Positions 1-13,432 of a stretch of DNA of 64,000 nt are shown piece after piece. The translations under genes and the position numbers were made by a program. The DNA lies in contig NC_068983.1 of the NCBI RefSeq assembly GCF_001194135.2, positions 20,722,030 through 20,786,029 of the forward strand. The letters are read 5' to 3'. The DNA is from Octopus bimaculoides (Eukaryota). Under the pieces are notes generated by a model. It was given only the letters and a program-made list of their open reading frames with translations, did no database searches and was not told where the DNA came from. Every line of letters starts with the position of its first letter. The stretch's first letter is position 1.

Positions 1-130
1 TATATATATATACACATACATATTTATATACAAACATATATATATATATATACATACATACATGCGTACATACATACAAACACGCATCGTATATGCATAT
101 GTATATACACATATATAAATGTATGGAGAG
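1..130. repeat. (TA)n/(CA)n/(TACA)n simple-repeat mosaic
   Basis: Direct reading of alternating purine-pyrimidine repeats. Confidence 0.9.
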
Positions 131-724
131 CACGATGGTGCTATGATGATATGCACTCATAGGGACTAAATGAAATTATTAACTTCACATGGATCATAGA
201 AGTTAGATATGTGATAAGTACGTATAAATATGTTTGTAGGAGAGCGTGTATGATAGTGATACAGGTTGATAGGGAAACTTTGGGGACGGAAACATGAACG
301 TAGACAATAAGGAGTTAATAAAATACTGAAACTCTGTCGAGAGAAAGAGAGAAATGCAAATTCGAAATTGAAAAAAAAAAAAAAGATTTAAAGGAAAAAC
401 ATAAGCTAAGAAAAATAGAAAGAAACCGTTAATGTATTTGGAGCCTGATAAAGAAAAAACAAACATACATTGACACGCAAATATGTACGCTAAAAAGCTC
501 CCGCCTCTCCCCATTGAAATAAGAAAAAAATGCGACCTCTGAAAAAGCCTATGTCACCCAAAAAAATGTATAAACCTAAATGGCAGCAACCTCCGTTTAG
601 TTTCTAATGGCTTCGATAAATTGGCAAACAGAGACCCAGGCTTAATGAATTTCTGTATATTTTCCCCTCTCTCCCTCTCCATCCCCTTTCCTCTTATGTA
701 TACTCTCACAAATGCGTACAATAT

Positions 725-819
725 ACATGCGTGTGCGTCTATGCATATATATACATACATACACACACACATATATATACACATATATACATGTATATTT
801 GTATGTATGTATGTATGTG

Positions 820-889
<70 letters not shown>

Positions 890-1205
890 TCTTTGTACAT
901 ATGTATATGTATATATATGTATGTGTATGTATGTGTGTGTATGTGTATGCATGTGTGTGTATGTGTATGTATATATATGTATGTGTATGTATGTATGTAT
1001 ATGTATGTGTATGTATATATATATATATATATAAGTATATTTATTTATATATGTATGTATGTACATATGTTTGTATATATATATGTACATACATATACAT
1101 GTATGTATGTATGTATGTATGTATGTATGTATGTATGTATACACACACATTTATACATGTGCGTAGGTGTACGGATATGTATGTACTTGTGTGTGTGTGT
1201 GTGTG
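725..1205. repeat. Compound (TA)n/(TG)n/(TATG)n microsatellite
   Basis: Long TA run ~822-886, TATG run ~1100-1140. It explains the Y/I/H/T/C/V-rich ORFs in the track. Confidence 0.95.
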
Positions 1206-2011
1206 GCTGGTCCATTTACTTTGACATATGGATCTTTTGATCTGTAAATATTTACTACATATATCCATGATAAACCATTTGCTGTCTCTCAGATCGTTTC
1301 CTGTTTTTATTGAAGGTGAGGTTATATGACAGTCTCTATGTGTGTTTCGCCTAGGTGTCTACGTATGTATGTATCTATGTATGTACGTATGTATGTACGT
1401 GTGATTGTGTGCACGCCTGTGTATGTGTAAGAACTGTTGACTATGCGTATGTTGGGGTTCGTATGTACAGATCTTTGGTATATGATATGTATTCCACTGT
1501 GTATGACTACGAGTGTTTGTGGACAGATTTCTACGAAAGCGATAAGTGCTTTTTTCCACGACGTACATGAGTTAGAGTGTATGCGTGTATTTATATATCA
1601 GTGAGATCGCTTCGGTTGTTCCTGTGTATGTGTTTGTGTAGCGGTTTATGTATGTTAATGTGCGTGTTTGTATGTGTGTGCGCGAGGTCCGTGTTTTTAA
1701 GCCTATGTGTATGTGCGTATGTGTGTGTGTTGCATCTTTCGGGGTGTAAGCGTGTGTTTGCGGGAATATTGTGTACTAAGTGATAAGTGATTTTCTGGGG
1801 TTTTTTTCTCTCCGTGAATATGTGTATGTACGTGTGTATTTTAACATCAATGTGCGTTTGCTCGGTTATTTGCGAGCGTGTGTTTCTATCAGGAAAGTTT
1901 TTTTTTTTTGTCAGAGCAAGCACTTCAGTGATAGGACGAATATTGTTGATATAAAAATAGATATTGTGAAGATGATGGTGCGTGTGTATACATACATACA
2001 TAGAAGCATAC

Positions 2012-2052
<41 letters not shown>

Positions 2053-2913
2053 NNNNNNNNNNNNNNNNNNNNNNNNNNNNNNNNNNNNNNNNNNNNNNNN
2101 NNNNNNNNNNNNNNNNNNNNNNNNNNNNNNNNNNNNNNNNNNNNNNNNNNNNNNNNNNNNNNNNNNNNNNNNNNNNNNNNNNNNNNNNNNNNNNNNNNNN
2201 NNNNNNNNNNNNNNNNNNNNNNNNNNNNNNNNNNNNNNNNNNNNNNNNNNNNNNNNNNNNNNNNNNNNNNNNNNNNNNNNNNNNNNNNNNNNNNNNNNNN
2301 NNNNNNNNNNNNNNNNNNNNNNNNNNNNNNNNNNNNNNNNNNNNNNNNNNNNNNNNNNNNNNNNNNNNNNNNNNNNNNNNNNNNNNNNNNNNNNNNNNNN
2401 NNNNNNNNNNNNNNNNNNNNNNNNNNNNNNNNNNNNNNNNNNNNNNNNNNNNNNNNNNNNNNNNNNNNNNNNNNNNNNNNNNNNNNNNNNNNNNNNNNNN
2501 NNNNNNNNNNNNNNNNNNNNNNNNNNNNNNNNNNNNNNNNNNNNNNNNNNNNNNNNNNNNNNNNNNNNNNNNNNNNNNNNNNNNNNNNNNNNNNNNNNNN
2601 NNNNNNNNNNNNNNNNNNNNNNNNNNNNNNNNNNNNNNNNNNNNNNNNNNNNNNNNNNNNNNNNNNNNNNNNNNNNNNNNNNNNNNNNNNNNNNNNNNNN
2701 NNNNNNNNNNNNNNNNNNNNNNNNNNNNNNNNNNNNNNNNNNNNNNNNNNNNNNNNNNNNNNNNNNNNNNNNNNNNNNNNNNNNNNNNNNNNNNNNNNNN
2801 NNNNNNNNNNNNNNNNNNNNNNNNNNNNNNNNNNNNNNNNNNNNNNNNNNNNNNNNNNNNNNNNNNNNNNNNNNNNNNNNNNNNNNNNNNNNNNNNNNNN
2901 NNNNNNNNNNNNN

Positions 2914-3184
2914 ATGTGTACCCTTAACGTAGTTCTCGGGGATATTCAGCGTGACACAGTGTGACAAGGCTGACCCTTTGAATTACAGGCACAACAGAAA
3001 CAGGAAGAGTGAGAGAAAGTTGTGGTGAAAGAGTACAGCAGCGTTCACCACCATCCCTACCGGAGCCTCGTGTAGCTGTAGGTGTTTTCGCTCAAAAAAC
3101 ACTCACAACGCCGGGTCTGGGAATCGAAACCGCGATCCTATGGCTGCGAGTCCGCTGCCCTAACCACTGTGTCATTGCGCCTCC
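2914..3184 (-). mobile_element. tRNA-derived SINE, group A, 3' end lost in gap
   Basis: Minus strand starts GGAGGCGCAATGACACAGTGGTTAGGG (A box) ... GGTTTCGATTCC (B box). Collinear with copies at 13433-13803 and 48402-48760. Confidence 0.9.
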
Positions 3185-3431
3185 TAAGAAGCGGGCGAAA
3201 GCTTCCACTATATATGCATATAACTTGTTTCAGTTCCGGACTAGTGGTCATGTATGGTCGATTAGATTTAGTACACTTTCATTAATCTTCTTTAATTTTT
3301 GGCATTTGTTGAATGAGGTGATTTGATGTTGCTGTCCGCATTTTCGCTTCCTACCCTGAATTTGGCTCATACGAGACTATTGACAATAGGAGATCTATTT
3401 TTGTTTTAAAGATATCCACATCTACTTCGTA

Positions 3432-3773
3432 AAAATCTCACAAGTCTATCGGAGCTATATTGTAAAGCTGTGGTACTTTGAATGCCAAGCTATTGCAATA
3501 TTTGTTCTTGCATTTTGATTGACATTATTCTTCATATTAAAGATTTTGACAAATCTTCCCAGAATATTCCAAATGTATATTTCTACATGTACCCCGCGGA
3601 AATTTCACAAGTTTTTCGGAGCTATATTGAAAAGCTGTGGTACTTTGAATGCCAAGCTATTGCAATAGTTCTTGTAATTTGATGGCAGGGGTGAATATTT
3701 GACATTATTCTCGTTAGAATAACCTTCAACAATAAAGATTGTGACAACTCTTCCCAGAATATTCTAAATGTAT
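3432..3773. repeat. Two-copy imperfect tandem duplication (~150-175 bp unit)
   Basis: TCGGAGCTATATTG.AAAGCTGTGGTACTTTGAATGCCAAGCTATTGCAATA and TCTTCCCAGAATATTC.AAATGTAT each occur twice (3432-3578, 3599-3773). Confidence 0.85.
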
Positions 3774-4952
3774 TATAAAGCATAACTTTCCCGTCTTCGC
3801 TCCCAGGCGTAGCAGCGGGCTACACATTAGATGTCTAAACGACTGTGGAGCAATATAAAATGAAGACATTAGTTCGTAAACTCGACAAATCTGCAATAGA
3901 AAATCGCAATAGTTTGTGAACTCAACAAATCCGCAATAGAAACTGCGACTTGTGTTCTTGGATGCATCACCCTACCCACCCCGCCGTGTGGCTTCACACG
4001 TGTATGTGAACGGGGAGGTATGGACGCATGCTAGCAAAGATGCAAAGACAAAAAGTGGTGGAGAAAATAGCACTCGAATGCCAAAAGTATTGGATCTATA
4101 TGATTTCGTATTTATTGTATTTTATCTCTTAACTTTTTTTTAAATGAACTTTTATTCACCATGATATATCTAGCATCGTTGTATATCACATATATTTTAT
4201 TGTATTGCTTCCAAATCGCTCATTTTTTAAAGATTTTTACTCCCTCCTTCAACTGATTCTATTTGTTACTTACGCATCACGATACACATATTTTTCTGTG
4301 TCCTTGAATATTTCGAAATTCAATTTTGTCCCTTTTTTATCAATTACCATTTTTTTCCTCAGCGTTTATCTCTTCACTGTTTTATCCTTATCTCTTTCGC
4401 ACATTTACATTTAACTCTTTGTATATCTTATTTTATTATCAATTATAGGGCATCCTAATGGCCTCCACCCCTCCTCTCTGTTTATGGCCAGCTGTAAAGA
4501 TATATGGTGTCAGGTTTTAATTTTTTTTTATATTGTAACCTAGATACCATTTCTTTTATTTTGCCTTTTCATTTTCTTTGTCACATCGCTGCATCTTCTT
4601 CCTGTTCTTCCTTAACCCCTATATACTTCCCTATTTTCTTCTCCCCCCCCCCCATCATCTTAGTTTCTATATGCTACTTCTGTTTTCTTCCACTACTTTA
4701 ACTTCCCTACCCTTCCTTTCTAGTAATCATATTTATTTATTATTTTTTTTAATTCTTACGTTTGCATATGTTTTCATTTACTTGATGTTTCGTGATAACT
4801 CGTTTGTTTTGTCTCTATAATTCTAATTATTATTATCATTTTTTTAAGATTTACAGCATTTTACCTTAACTCTTGGCGTAAACTTAGTCTTTTTCCCTTG
4901 CTATATTCATTATGCTTCTTTCCATGAGTATAGATGAATCATATTCTTTTCG

Positions 4953-5151
4953 ACACTAGGCATAAGGCCCAAAATTTTTTAGATCGACCCTAGTACGAAA
5001 CTGGTTCCTAATTTATCGATCTCGAAAGGATGAAAGGCAAAGTCGACCTCGGTCTAATATGAACTCAGAACGTAGCGACGAGCAAAACATCGTCAAGCAT
5101 CTCGTCCAGCTTGCTGATAATTCTGACCGCTCGCCGCCTTATTAATAAAGA
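4953..5151 (-). mobile_element. SINE group C, diverged
   Basis: Reverse complement of the C consensus: GAAAGGATGAAAGGCAAAGTCGACCTCGG ... GAACTCAGAACGTA ... CTCGCCGCCTT. Confidence 0.8.
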
Positions 5152-5190
5152 TAATTATAATAATGGTTTCTTAATTGGCCCCAAGGGCCG

Positions 5191-5413
<223 letters not shown>

Positions 5414-5427
5414 GTTTCTGCAAAATT

Positions 5428-5615
5428 GAAGGTAGGAGTTAGTCGATGCCAGCAATTGTCTGGTACGTTATTTTACGACACCTTACTATTTTTGAAATTC
5501 CGCTGAAGCAAACTTCACCTTTCATCATTACCTGGTAGATAAAACAAGTACCAGTTGAGTACTGTGCTCGATATGATCAACTAGACCTTTCCCCCTAAAA
5601 TTTTCAGATTTGTGC
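5428..5615 (+). mobile_element. SINE group C, strongly diverged
   Basis: GAAATTCCGCTGAAG ... CCTTTCATC ... GATAAAACAAGTACCAGTTGAGTACTG ... CTAGACC match the C body. Confidence 0.6.
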
Positions 5616-7649
5616 AGGTTTTCAAAAAATTCATAAAGCCCAATTTCTGACTTTATGCCAATAGTAGAAATCTACGAAAATAGTAAATCTTCTCTTGATG
5701 AGAACATACGATGCAGCTAAGGTGTAGGTGTGAGAGAGCTTTTATGGCCATCTTGCAGTCGTATTGTTGCTATTGATGTTGGTATCTAACATTCTTTGTA
5801 TCTTGTAAATGCACAAATAGGTATTCACTAGTTAATATCAATTAAATGGAGTATGTTTATAACATCCTATAAATGTATTGTAATTTAGGTGAAATATTTG
5901 TCGTCCTTTGCAAATACTGATAGAGCACAGAAAGTGTGTCAATAGATAGCTGCGGGGTGGAGTGTCCTCCTGGAGCTACAAGCTACAGTAGAATCCACCC
6001 TTAGCGTTTAGCCACATTTTAGTGGCAAATATACTTCACGTTGTCGTGCAGCTACTGTTTATACCTAGTTCAGAGATTTATTATTGCTTGAAATTACTTT
6101 TGTTTTACGAATGATACACGGCTTAAAATCAGACATAAACACACATTTGTTTTCATATAGTTATATATATATATATATATATATNNNNNNNNNNNNNNNN
6201 NNNNNNNNNNNNNNNNNNNNNNNNNNNNNNNNNNNNNNNNNNNNNNNNNNNNNNNNNNNNNNNNNNNNNNNNNNNNNNNNNNNNNNNNNNNNNNNNNNNN
6301 NNNNNNNNNNNNNNNNNNNNNNNNNNNNNNNNNNNNNNNNNNNNNNNNNNNNNNNNNNNNNNNNNNNNNNNNNNNNNNNNNNNNNNNNNNNNNNNNNNNN
6401 NNNNNNNNNNNNNNNNNNNNNNNNNNNNNNNNNNNNNNNNNNNNNNNNNNNNNNNNNNNNNNNNNNNNNNNNNNNNNNNNNNNNNNNNNNNNNNNNNNNN
6501 NNNNNNNNNNNNNNNNNNNNNNNNNNNNNNNNNNNNNNNNNNNNNNNNNNNNNNNNNNNNNNNNNNNNNNNNNNNNNNNNNNNNNNNNNNNNNNNNNNNN
6601 NNNNNNNNNNNNNNNNNNNNNNNNNNNNNNNNNNNNNNNNNNNNNNNNNNNNNNNNNNNNNNNNNNNNNNNNNNNNNNNNNNNNNNNNNNNNNNNNNNNN
6701 NNNNNNNNNNNNNNNNNNNNNNNNNNNNNNNNNNNNNNNNNNNNNNNNNNNNNNNNNNNNNNNNNNNNNNNNNNNNNNNNNNNNNNNNNNNNNNNNNNNN
6801 NNNNNNNNTTAACAGTTTTATATGAGAAAACCAAGAATTTATACAAGGCTGTAAAAGAAGTGCTCAAACTAGTTGAGACAAAGGTACAAAGTTAATTGCA
6901 GAATAAAACCGTTAGGTCATCGACTCAAAAAGCCATAGCCCACCAATGACCACATATAAGAAGTACAGTATAAACCACAAAACCAAATTAGCAAAGGGAA
7001 GTCAATTTTTTTATACAGAAAAATAAAATCGATTAAAAAATATAATAGAATAACAAATAAATAAACTGCGATTAAAAAGTTGATTAAAAATGTTATAGAC
7101 CGGTACAGATATAGTAGAATAAAAAAATATATATATAGATATAGAAAAAATAATATAGAGAAAAAAATAATACATAGGGAAACGTAGTAAAATAGTTCAT
7201 TCATTGAGGCTAATAGCTAATAAAAGAAGTTTAAGTTTAAATTGTACAAAAGTTCATTACTTCCCTCATGACAGCAAATTTAGCAGGTAAAATCCAATTT
7301 CATAATTCATACACAGGAATACCAGAATACATGGGACAACATAATAACAGAACATCGAATGTGTGACAAAGTAAAATCCATATTTCACCATCAGCGTTAT
7401 TTAAGTCCAAGAAAATCAAGGCACACAAGTCGATAAATTAAACCAACATCCAGCAGGTAACATCAGTAAAGTCAAACCATAATTTAACATCATTTACAAT
7501 GGATTACAAATATAGGTCGGAATACAAACACAAAACACCTATGGCCATTTCGGGGGTATATCACCGTATTTAGAGCACAATAGGGCACAAACTAGTGATA
7601 ACCCCCTCTTTAGGGTAAAGAACACACACAAACATCAACGAATGCAGAA

Positions 7650-7990
7650 TTTTTTATTACCCACAAGGGGCGACATAGAGGGGACGATACAACCTGATTT
7701 GGGGTCAGATGAAAACGGATGAATTAACAGAAACATGTATTTAAAAATTTTACAATGAAATCGAAATAAAATCGAATGATGCGACAGACCGGAAGACATT
7801 ACGGATGGAGTGGTAAGGCGGGTTTAGCACGGACCCCTCGTGCCCCGCCTCGCCACTGATAGCTGAGATGAGTCCTTCGTCTCATTCATGTGGTTACATT
7901 TATTCGCAACTTTCGTGCTACACTCTTCCATCGACTCTCAAACATTTTCGCAGTCAGGCATTTTCTCTGTAGCTCTACTTTCCTTTTGAG
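7650..7990 (-). mobile_element. 3' end of a Tx1/L1-clade LINE (ORF2 C-terminus, 3' UTR, tail)
   Basis: Minus strand 7990-7886 reads LKRKVELQRKCLTAKMFESRWKSVARKLRINVTT*, which resembles a Tx1-like ORF2 C-terminus (from memory). About 235 nt of UTR follows, ending GTCCCCTCTATGTCGCCCCTTGTGGGTAATAAAAA. Confidence 0.65.
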
Positions 7991-8954
7991 GCAGAACCAT
8001 CCAGGATAATCTCCATCTTACACGATACACTTTAGAAGGGTTTAATAATGATGCTGGCAAGAGTGGGGCACTGGTCCATTTAGACCAATCTAAGGCATTC
8101 AATAGGGTTGATCATCGCTACCTGGTGTCCGTTCTGGCGCAGTGCGGTCTGGGTCTTGGTTTTCTTAGGTGGATCATCGAGATTTACGACAATATCGACT
8201 CGGTAGTTCGAGTGAACGGCTTCATATCGAAGCCGTTCAACATCAAACGCTCGGTTCGTCAAGGGAGTCCGCTCTCCCCGATTTTGTATGTGATGGCCCT
8301 CGAGCCATTACTGCGAAAATTGAGCGGCATCCTGAGACAGCCAGGTTGTGGAAAATCGGTTTCTACTTACGCGGATGACATCACTATCATCGTAACCGAA
8401 ATGGACCACCTACGGTTAGTGGGCAAGGCCATAGAGGTTTACGAGACGGTGGCAGGAGCAAAAGTTAATCGTGAAAAGTCAGTCGGCTTGCAGCTCGGTA
8501 CCTGGAGAGGCAAGTCGATGCCTCCTGATAGCGTCGTGGGACGTTGGACGGAGGGTCCGATTAAGTTGCTAGGAGTTTGGTTTAGACCAGACCTCCAAAT
8601 AGAGAAGAACTGGGCCGAAGTAACGAGCAGGGCGACCCACATAGTCAAGACCTGGTCTTGGCGGTGGCTATCCCTGAAAGGGAGGGTGGAGGTAGCCAAT
8701 GTGTTCATCGCATCGGTCATCACCTACCGCCTAACCGTCGTTCCTTGCCCCGATTCGTGGTTAATCAAGCTGGAAAGACAGCTCTTCCACTTTTTGTGGA
8801 AGACCTGGAGACCGTTTGTGAGACGCTCTATTTGCTGCCAACAACCGTTAAAGGGTAGACTTGGGATGCCTTGGCTGTTGATGCGCAAACATGCGCTGAG
8901 GTTGAGGCATCTTTCGCTCTACCTGGATGGTGAACGGGTGTGGTCTCCGCTGGC
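7990..8954 (+). mobile_element. Reverse transcriptase segment of Tx1/L1-clade non-LTR retrotransposon ORF2 (open frame, truncated, runs into gap)
   Basis: Stop-free frame from 7990: GRTIQDNLHL...LDQSKAFNRVDHRYL...VRQGSPLSPILY...LEPLL...YADDIT...VNREKS...LLGVWF...WSWRWLSLKGRVEVANVFIASVITYRL...GRLGMP. These are non-LTR RT motifs with L1/Tx1-type post-RT motifs. Confidence 0.93.
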
Positions 8955-10000
8955 NNNNNNNNNNNNNNNNNNNNNNNNNNNNNNNNNNNNNNNNNNNNNN
9001 NNNNNNNNNNNNNNNNNNNNNNNNNNNNNNNNNNNNNNNNNNNNNNNNNNNNNNNNNNNNNNNNNNNNNNNNNNNNNNNNNNNNNNNNNNNNNNNNNNNN
9101 NNNNNNNNNNNNNNNNNNNNNNNNNNNNNNNNNNNNNNNNNNNNNNNNNNNNNNNNNNNNNNNNNNNNNNNNNNNNNATATATATATATGTATATATATA
9201 TATTCGTGTGTGTGTTTGCCTGTATGTATGTGTGCCTGTCTGAAGGCAGACATAGTGTCTCTATCATATGTTTTATTTCATCTTCATTTTCCGTTTCTCT
9301 TTTAGCTACGCATCATTATCTTTGCTCAGTTTCTCTTCAATTTCTCGAATTCTCTCATGTTTATGTCATTGTCCCCATTTCCGTTAGATATGCAATCTGT
9401 CCCTATGTCAACATTTATCATTTCAACTATTTCACTTCCTCTCCATCTCTTTCTTCTGCGCCATCTTTCTCCATTTTATTCGCTACAATCGAAGAATTCA
9501 CTTTCTATTCTCCCTGTTTGCCCTCTAATCATTGTTCATAATATCCTCCATAGCGTTTTCCATTTCCATGTTATTCCTTAACAGGTATTTCCCTATATGA
9601 CTTCCTTTCTATATATCTAATATTATATGCTCATATCGTTTTTATTCTTGAAACTATTTCGGCAATTTCACCTTGTTTCTTAGACATTATTTTATTATTC
9701 TTATCTCTTTTGGGTTGTTTATATGCAAGAAAATAAATTTCCTTCAAATGATATTAGGTTTCTGGTCTGGGGACACGTTTCTTCATAGATTCTGACGGCA
9801 TTTCTTTGTGTTAAAGACAAAAAAAGCTTCATTGTTAGAAAAAATATAGTGTTAGAAAAAATATAGTGTGGTATTATTCGTAAAATTTAATCATTTGACT
9901 TGCCTGAACATGTCCTCTTCGTATATGTATGCCAACACACACACACGCACACACAAACGCACACACCATATATATATATACATATACACATACATACACC

Positions 10001-10397
10001 GACTATATGGTAAGAAGTTTGCTTCTCAACCACATTGTTCCGGGTTCAGTCCCACTGCGTAAAAACTATATCTTTGGGCTGAACAAAAGCTTGCGAGTGG
10101 ATCAGGTAGTCGGAAACTGAAAGAAGCCAGTCGTATACCTGTGTATGTATGTATGTATATGTGTGTGTCTGCGTCTTTGTGTCTGTTTTTGTCTCCCACC
10201 ACCGCCTGATAACCGGTGCGTGTGTGTTTATGTCCCTGTACCTTAACGGTAAGGTGATCCAACGAACGGAAAAGTGATCAACAGAATAAGTACTAAGCTT
10301 AAAAATAAAATGAAGTACTGGGGTCGATTCTCTCGACTAAAAATCCGTTAAGGCGGTGCTCCATCATGGCCGTAGTTTACTGACTGAAACAAGAAAA
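10001..10397 (+). mobile_element. SINE group B, near full length
   Basis: TGGTAAGAAGTTTGCTTCTCAACCACATTGTTCCGGGTTCAGTCCCACTGCG ... GGAAACTGAAAGAAGCC, internal (TGTA)n, then ...GGCGGTGCTCCATCATGGCC...TGACTGAAACAAG. Confidence 0.85.
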
Positions 10398-11459
10398 TGG
10401 TAGATGACACGTAAATACATATACCCACACGCAGGCAGATATACATTCTTACATATACATGTGTGTGTGTGTGTGAATAACACTGAAAACTACATTCATA
10501 GATATTGCTGAATTTTCCGGTGTACACAATTGAAACTGTATTATGGGGTAAAAGCCGTCTCTGTATTATACATGACGTATGTATCTATGTACATCGTTGC
10601 TTATACGATACTTTAAATCGATAAGCTTTCCGGAATATCAGTGGTTATATTATTCGAAGGTGATACGACTACATCTACAAATGTGATGACAGAATAAACG
10701 TCATAGAAAGACCCAATATACAGGGCGGAGCGGGACTGGCTTTCCTGTGAATTGCTGCTGGAGCTGCTTATCTCGTTTCAGTGTATGTTGCGTTTCTAGC
10801 GCGTTCTATAACGAGGATGTTTTTCTTAGACAAAAACTACAGCACCATACGTATGCGGTGTATGATAATTATTTTGTGCATAGAAGGCAGATGTAGTTTT
10901 ATGCTGCTTCACTTGAGGATATTGAATATTTGCATGCGTGTATGAATATGCGTACNNNNNNNNNNNNNNNNNNNNNNNNNNNNNNNNNNNNNNNNNNNNN
11001 NNNNNNNNNNNNNNNNNNNNNNNNNNNNNNNNNNNNNNNNNNNNNNNNNNNNNNNNNNNNNNNNNNNNNNNNNNNNNNNNNNNNNNNNNNNNNNNNNNNN
11101 NNNNNNNNNNNNNNNNNNNNNNNNNNNNNNNNNNNNNNNNNNNNNNNNNNNNNNNNNNNNNNNNNNNNNNNNNNNNNNNNNNNNNNNNNNNNNNNNNNNN
11201 NNNNNNNNNNNNNNNNNNNNNNNNNNNNNNNNNNNNNNNNNNNNNNNNNNNNNNNNNNNNNNNNNNNNNNNNNNNNNNNNNNNNNNNNNNNNNNNNNNNN
11301 NNNNNNNNNNNNNNNNNNNNNNNNNNNNNNNNNNNNNNNNNNNNNNNNNNNNNNNNNNNNNNNNNNNNNNNNNNNNNNNNNNNNNNNNNNNNNNNNNNNN
11401 NNNNNNNNNNNNNNNNNNNNNNNNNNNNNNNNNNNNNNNNNTATATATATATATATATT

Positions 11460-11868
11460 TAGGCACACGAGTGACTCTGTGCAAAGAAGTTTGCTTCCCA
11501 ACCAAATGGGTTCAGATTACTTCCCACTGCGTGGCACATTGGGTAGGTTTCTTCTTCTGTAACCTCGGGTCGACCAATGCCTTGTGAGTGGATTTGGTAG
11601 ACGGAAACTATAACAAGCCCGTATGTATGCATGTATGTATGTATGTATGTATGCATTTTTGTTTGTCCCTCTACTACCACTTGACAACTGATGTTGGTGT
11701 GTTTCTGTCCCTGTTACTTGGCGGTTCGGCATTAGTGACCGATATAATAAATATTAGGCTTACAAAGAATAACTTTTGGGGTCGATTTGCTTGACTAAAT
11801 TCGTTGCCCCTACATGGCCGCTGTTAAATGACTGAAACAAGAAAAATGAATAAAAGGAAAAAGAATAA
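11460..11868 (+). mobile_element. SINE group B, full length
   Basis: Collinear with the other B copies. Internal (GTAT)n at ~11622-11652; A-rich tail. Confidence 0.85.
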
Positions 11869-12016
11869 ATACACACACACATACACATATATTTATATAG
11901 ACGTATATAGGATATGGTTATACATATACGTAAGTAGACATCTATGTATAAACGCATACTTGTGTATGTATGTTTATGTATGTATGTGTACGTATATATG
12001 CTTCTGTGACTGTATT

Positions 12017-12075
<59 letters not shown>

Positions 12076-12260
12076 CTATATATCTATATATGTATATATA
12101 TCTATATATCTATATATGTATATATATATATATGTATGTATATATGTATATATATATATATAGATATATAGATATATAGATATATACATGTATATACATA
12201 TGTGTACATATGCATACGAACACACATATATGCACGCATGAATATATATGTGTGTGTATT
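11869..12260. repeat. Compound (CA)n/(TA)n/(TG)n microsatellite block
   Basis: (CA)n ~12018-12064 flanked by TA/TATC/TATG repeats. Confidence 0.9.
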
Positions 12261-12909
12261 ATTATCTTTTGTAGTAGTTTCTGAAATTGAAAGTAACAAA
12301 GTAACAGACAGGCAATAATCTGTAATCAATTTTGTATCAAATTCTTCCCCTTAAGTAACTGTAACACAAAACATTGAAACAAAGAACTTTTGTTTCTGTC
12401 AATAATTTTGTTGTATGCTTGTGTGTTCTTATTCAAGGTTTTTTTTTTTCTTTTATTGTTTGCGAAATATTACCTGACAAAATTATTTGCCTTTTTCTTG
12501 CGTTACTATTTGTTAGGTCTGGAAAACGGGCCACTGCCCTTTGACTTTGCATCCCTTCTCCCATTACAGATCATTCTGATGTCTTAGATGATTTTCTTGA
12601 ACGTTTACAAATCTGCGCCTGCTTTAAATATATGAGCGGAGACGAAATCTCAAACTGCGACTTTCTTGAAATCAATGCCTGTGCGTAGAGAATAATGCAA
12701 CATCTGGGGTGTCGAACGCCGCAATCATGATGAGAGCAGGAGAAACGAGTAGATCAAGAGCGCTTGATTAGAGATAGCACAGGCCCAGTCACTTCCTATG
12801 AGCCGAAGCCTGTTTTATATAATGTGTCGTGAGAGCGATTTTTTTTCATCTACTTCGGGCTTTATTTTATTAGCGTTTATTTTATTCAAACTATTCCTAC
12901 TGGTTCTAG

Positions 12910-12977
12910 GTGGAACTGAACCTAGAACCATGTGGTTAGAAAGCAAGCTTCCTACCATGTAGTCACACCTGTGCCTA
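12910..12977 (-). mobile_element. SINE group B, 5' head fragment
   Basis: GAACCTAGAACCATGTGGTTAGAAAGCAAGCTTCCTACCATGTAGTCACACCTGTGCCTA is the reverse complement of the B head. Confidence 0.75.
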
Positions 12978-13432
12978 TGCACATGTAAGGGATGGGGAAT
13001 ATAACTGATGTCAAGGAGATTTCCTTATCCACTAAGATTGGATATTCTAAATTTTTGGAAATGTTAAATTGAATAGAAAAGAACTTGCTTAAGGTGCCGA
13101 AAATCATGTTTAACATCCAAGTGTTGTCGCAAAAAAAACATTCATTCAAAATTCAAGAAATAGTTGAGCCACATGAAATTTAAACGTTTGCAAAAGCAGA
13201 AGTGCGAAGACCACCATCAAGTATGCTAGACAAACCGTAAGTCAACAACGTAAGACGAACAACGTTGGCAGAAACCGACTAAGAAAGATATCTTTTCCAG
13301 TAGCTAGCCTCGTTTGCAGACTGTGAGAATACATGGATCTAACAGTTTGATTAACGGAGGGTTGTAAGCAGGTTCTCCGCTAAAATTATTGAGCTCTCTT
13401 TTGTTTTTTTTTCTTCGCATTATCGTGTACAT

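Noticed and set aside
554-2967. Long ORFs rich in Y/I/H/T/C/V/M (and similar ones across the window)
   Set aside because: Translations of (TA)n/(TG)n/(CA)n repeats or ORFs bridged by N runs; not proteins.
6810-7640. Strand-biased A-rich stretch left of the LINE tail, considered as an extended LINE 3' UTR
   Set aside because: The shared tail ends at ~7650 and no similarity to other elements was visible; left unassigned.
9834-9867. 17-bp tandem duplication GTTAGAAAAAATATAGT x2 (similar small ones at 3879-3947 and 51169-51202)
   Set aside because: Ordinary slippage duplications with no further structure.
12570-12690. Possible terminal exon HSDVLDDFLERLQICACFKYMSGDEISNCDFLEINACA* after a pyrimidine-rich AG
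   Set aside because: No recognisable homology and no supporting upstream exon; not distinguishable from chance.
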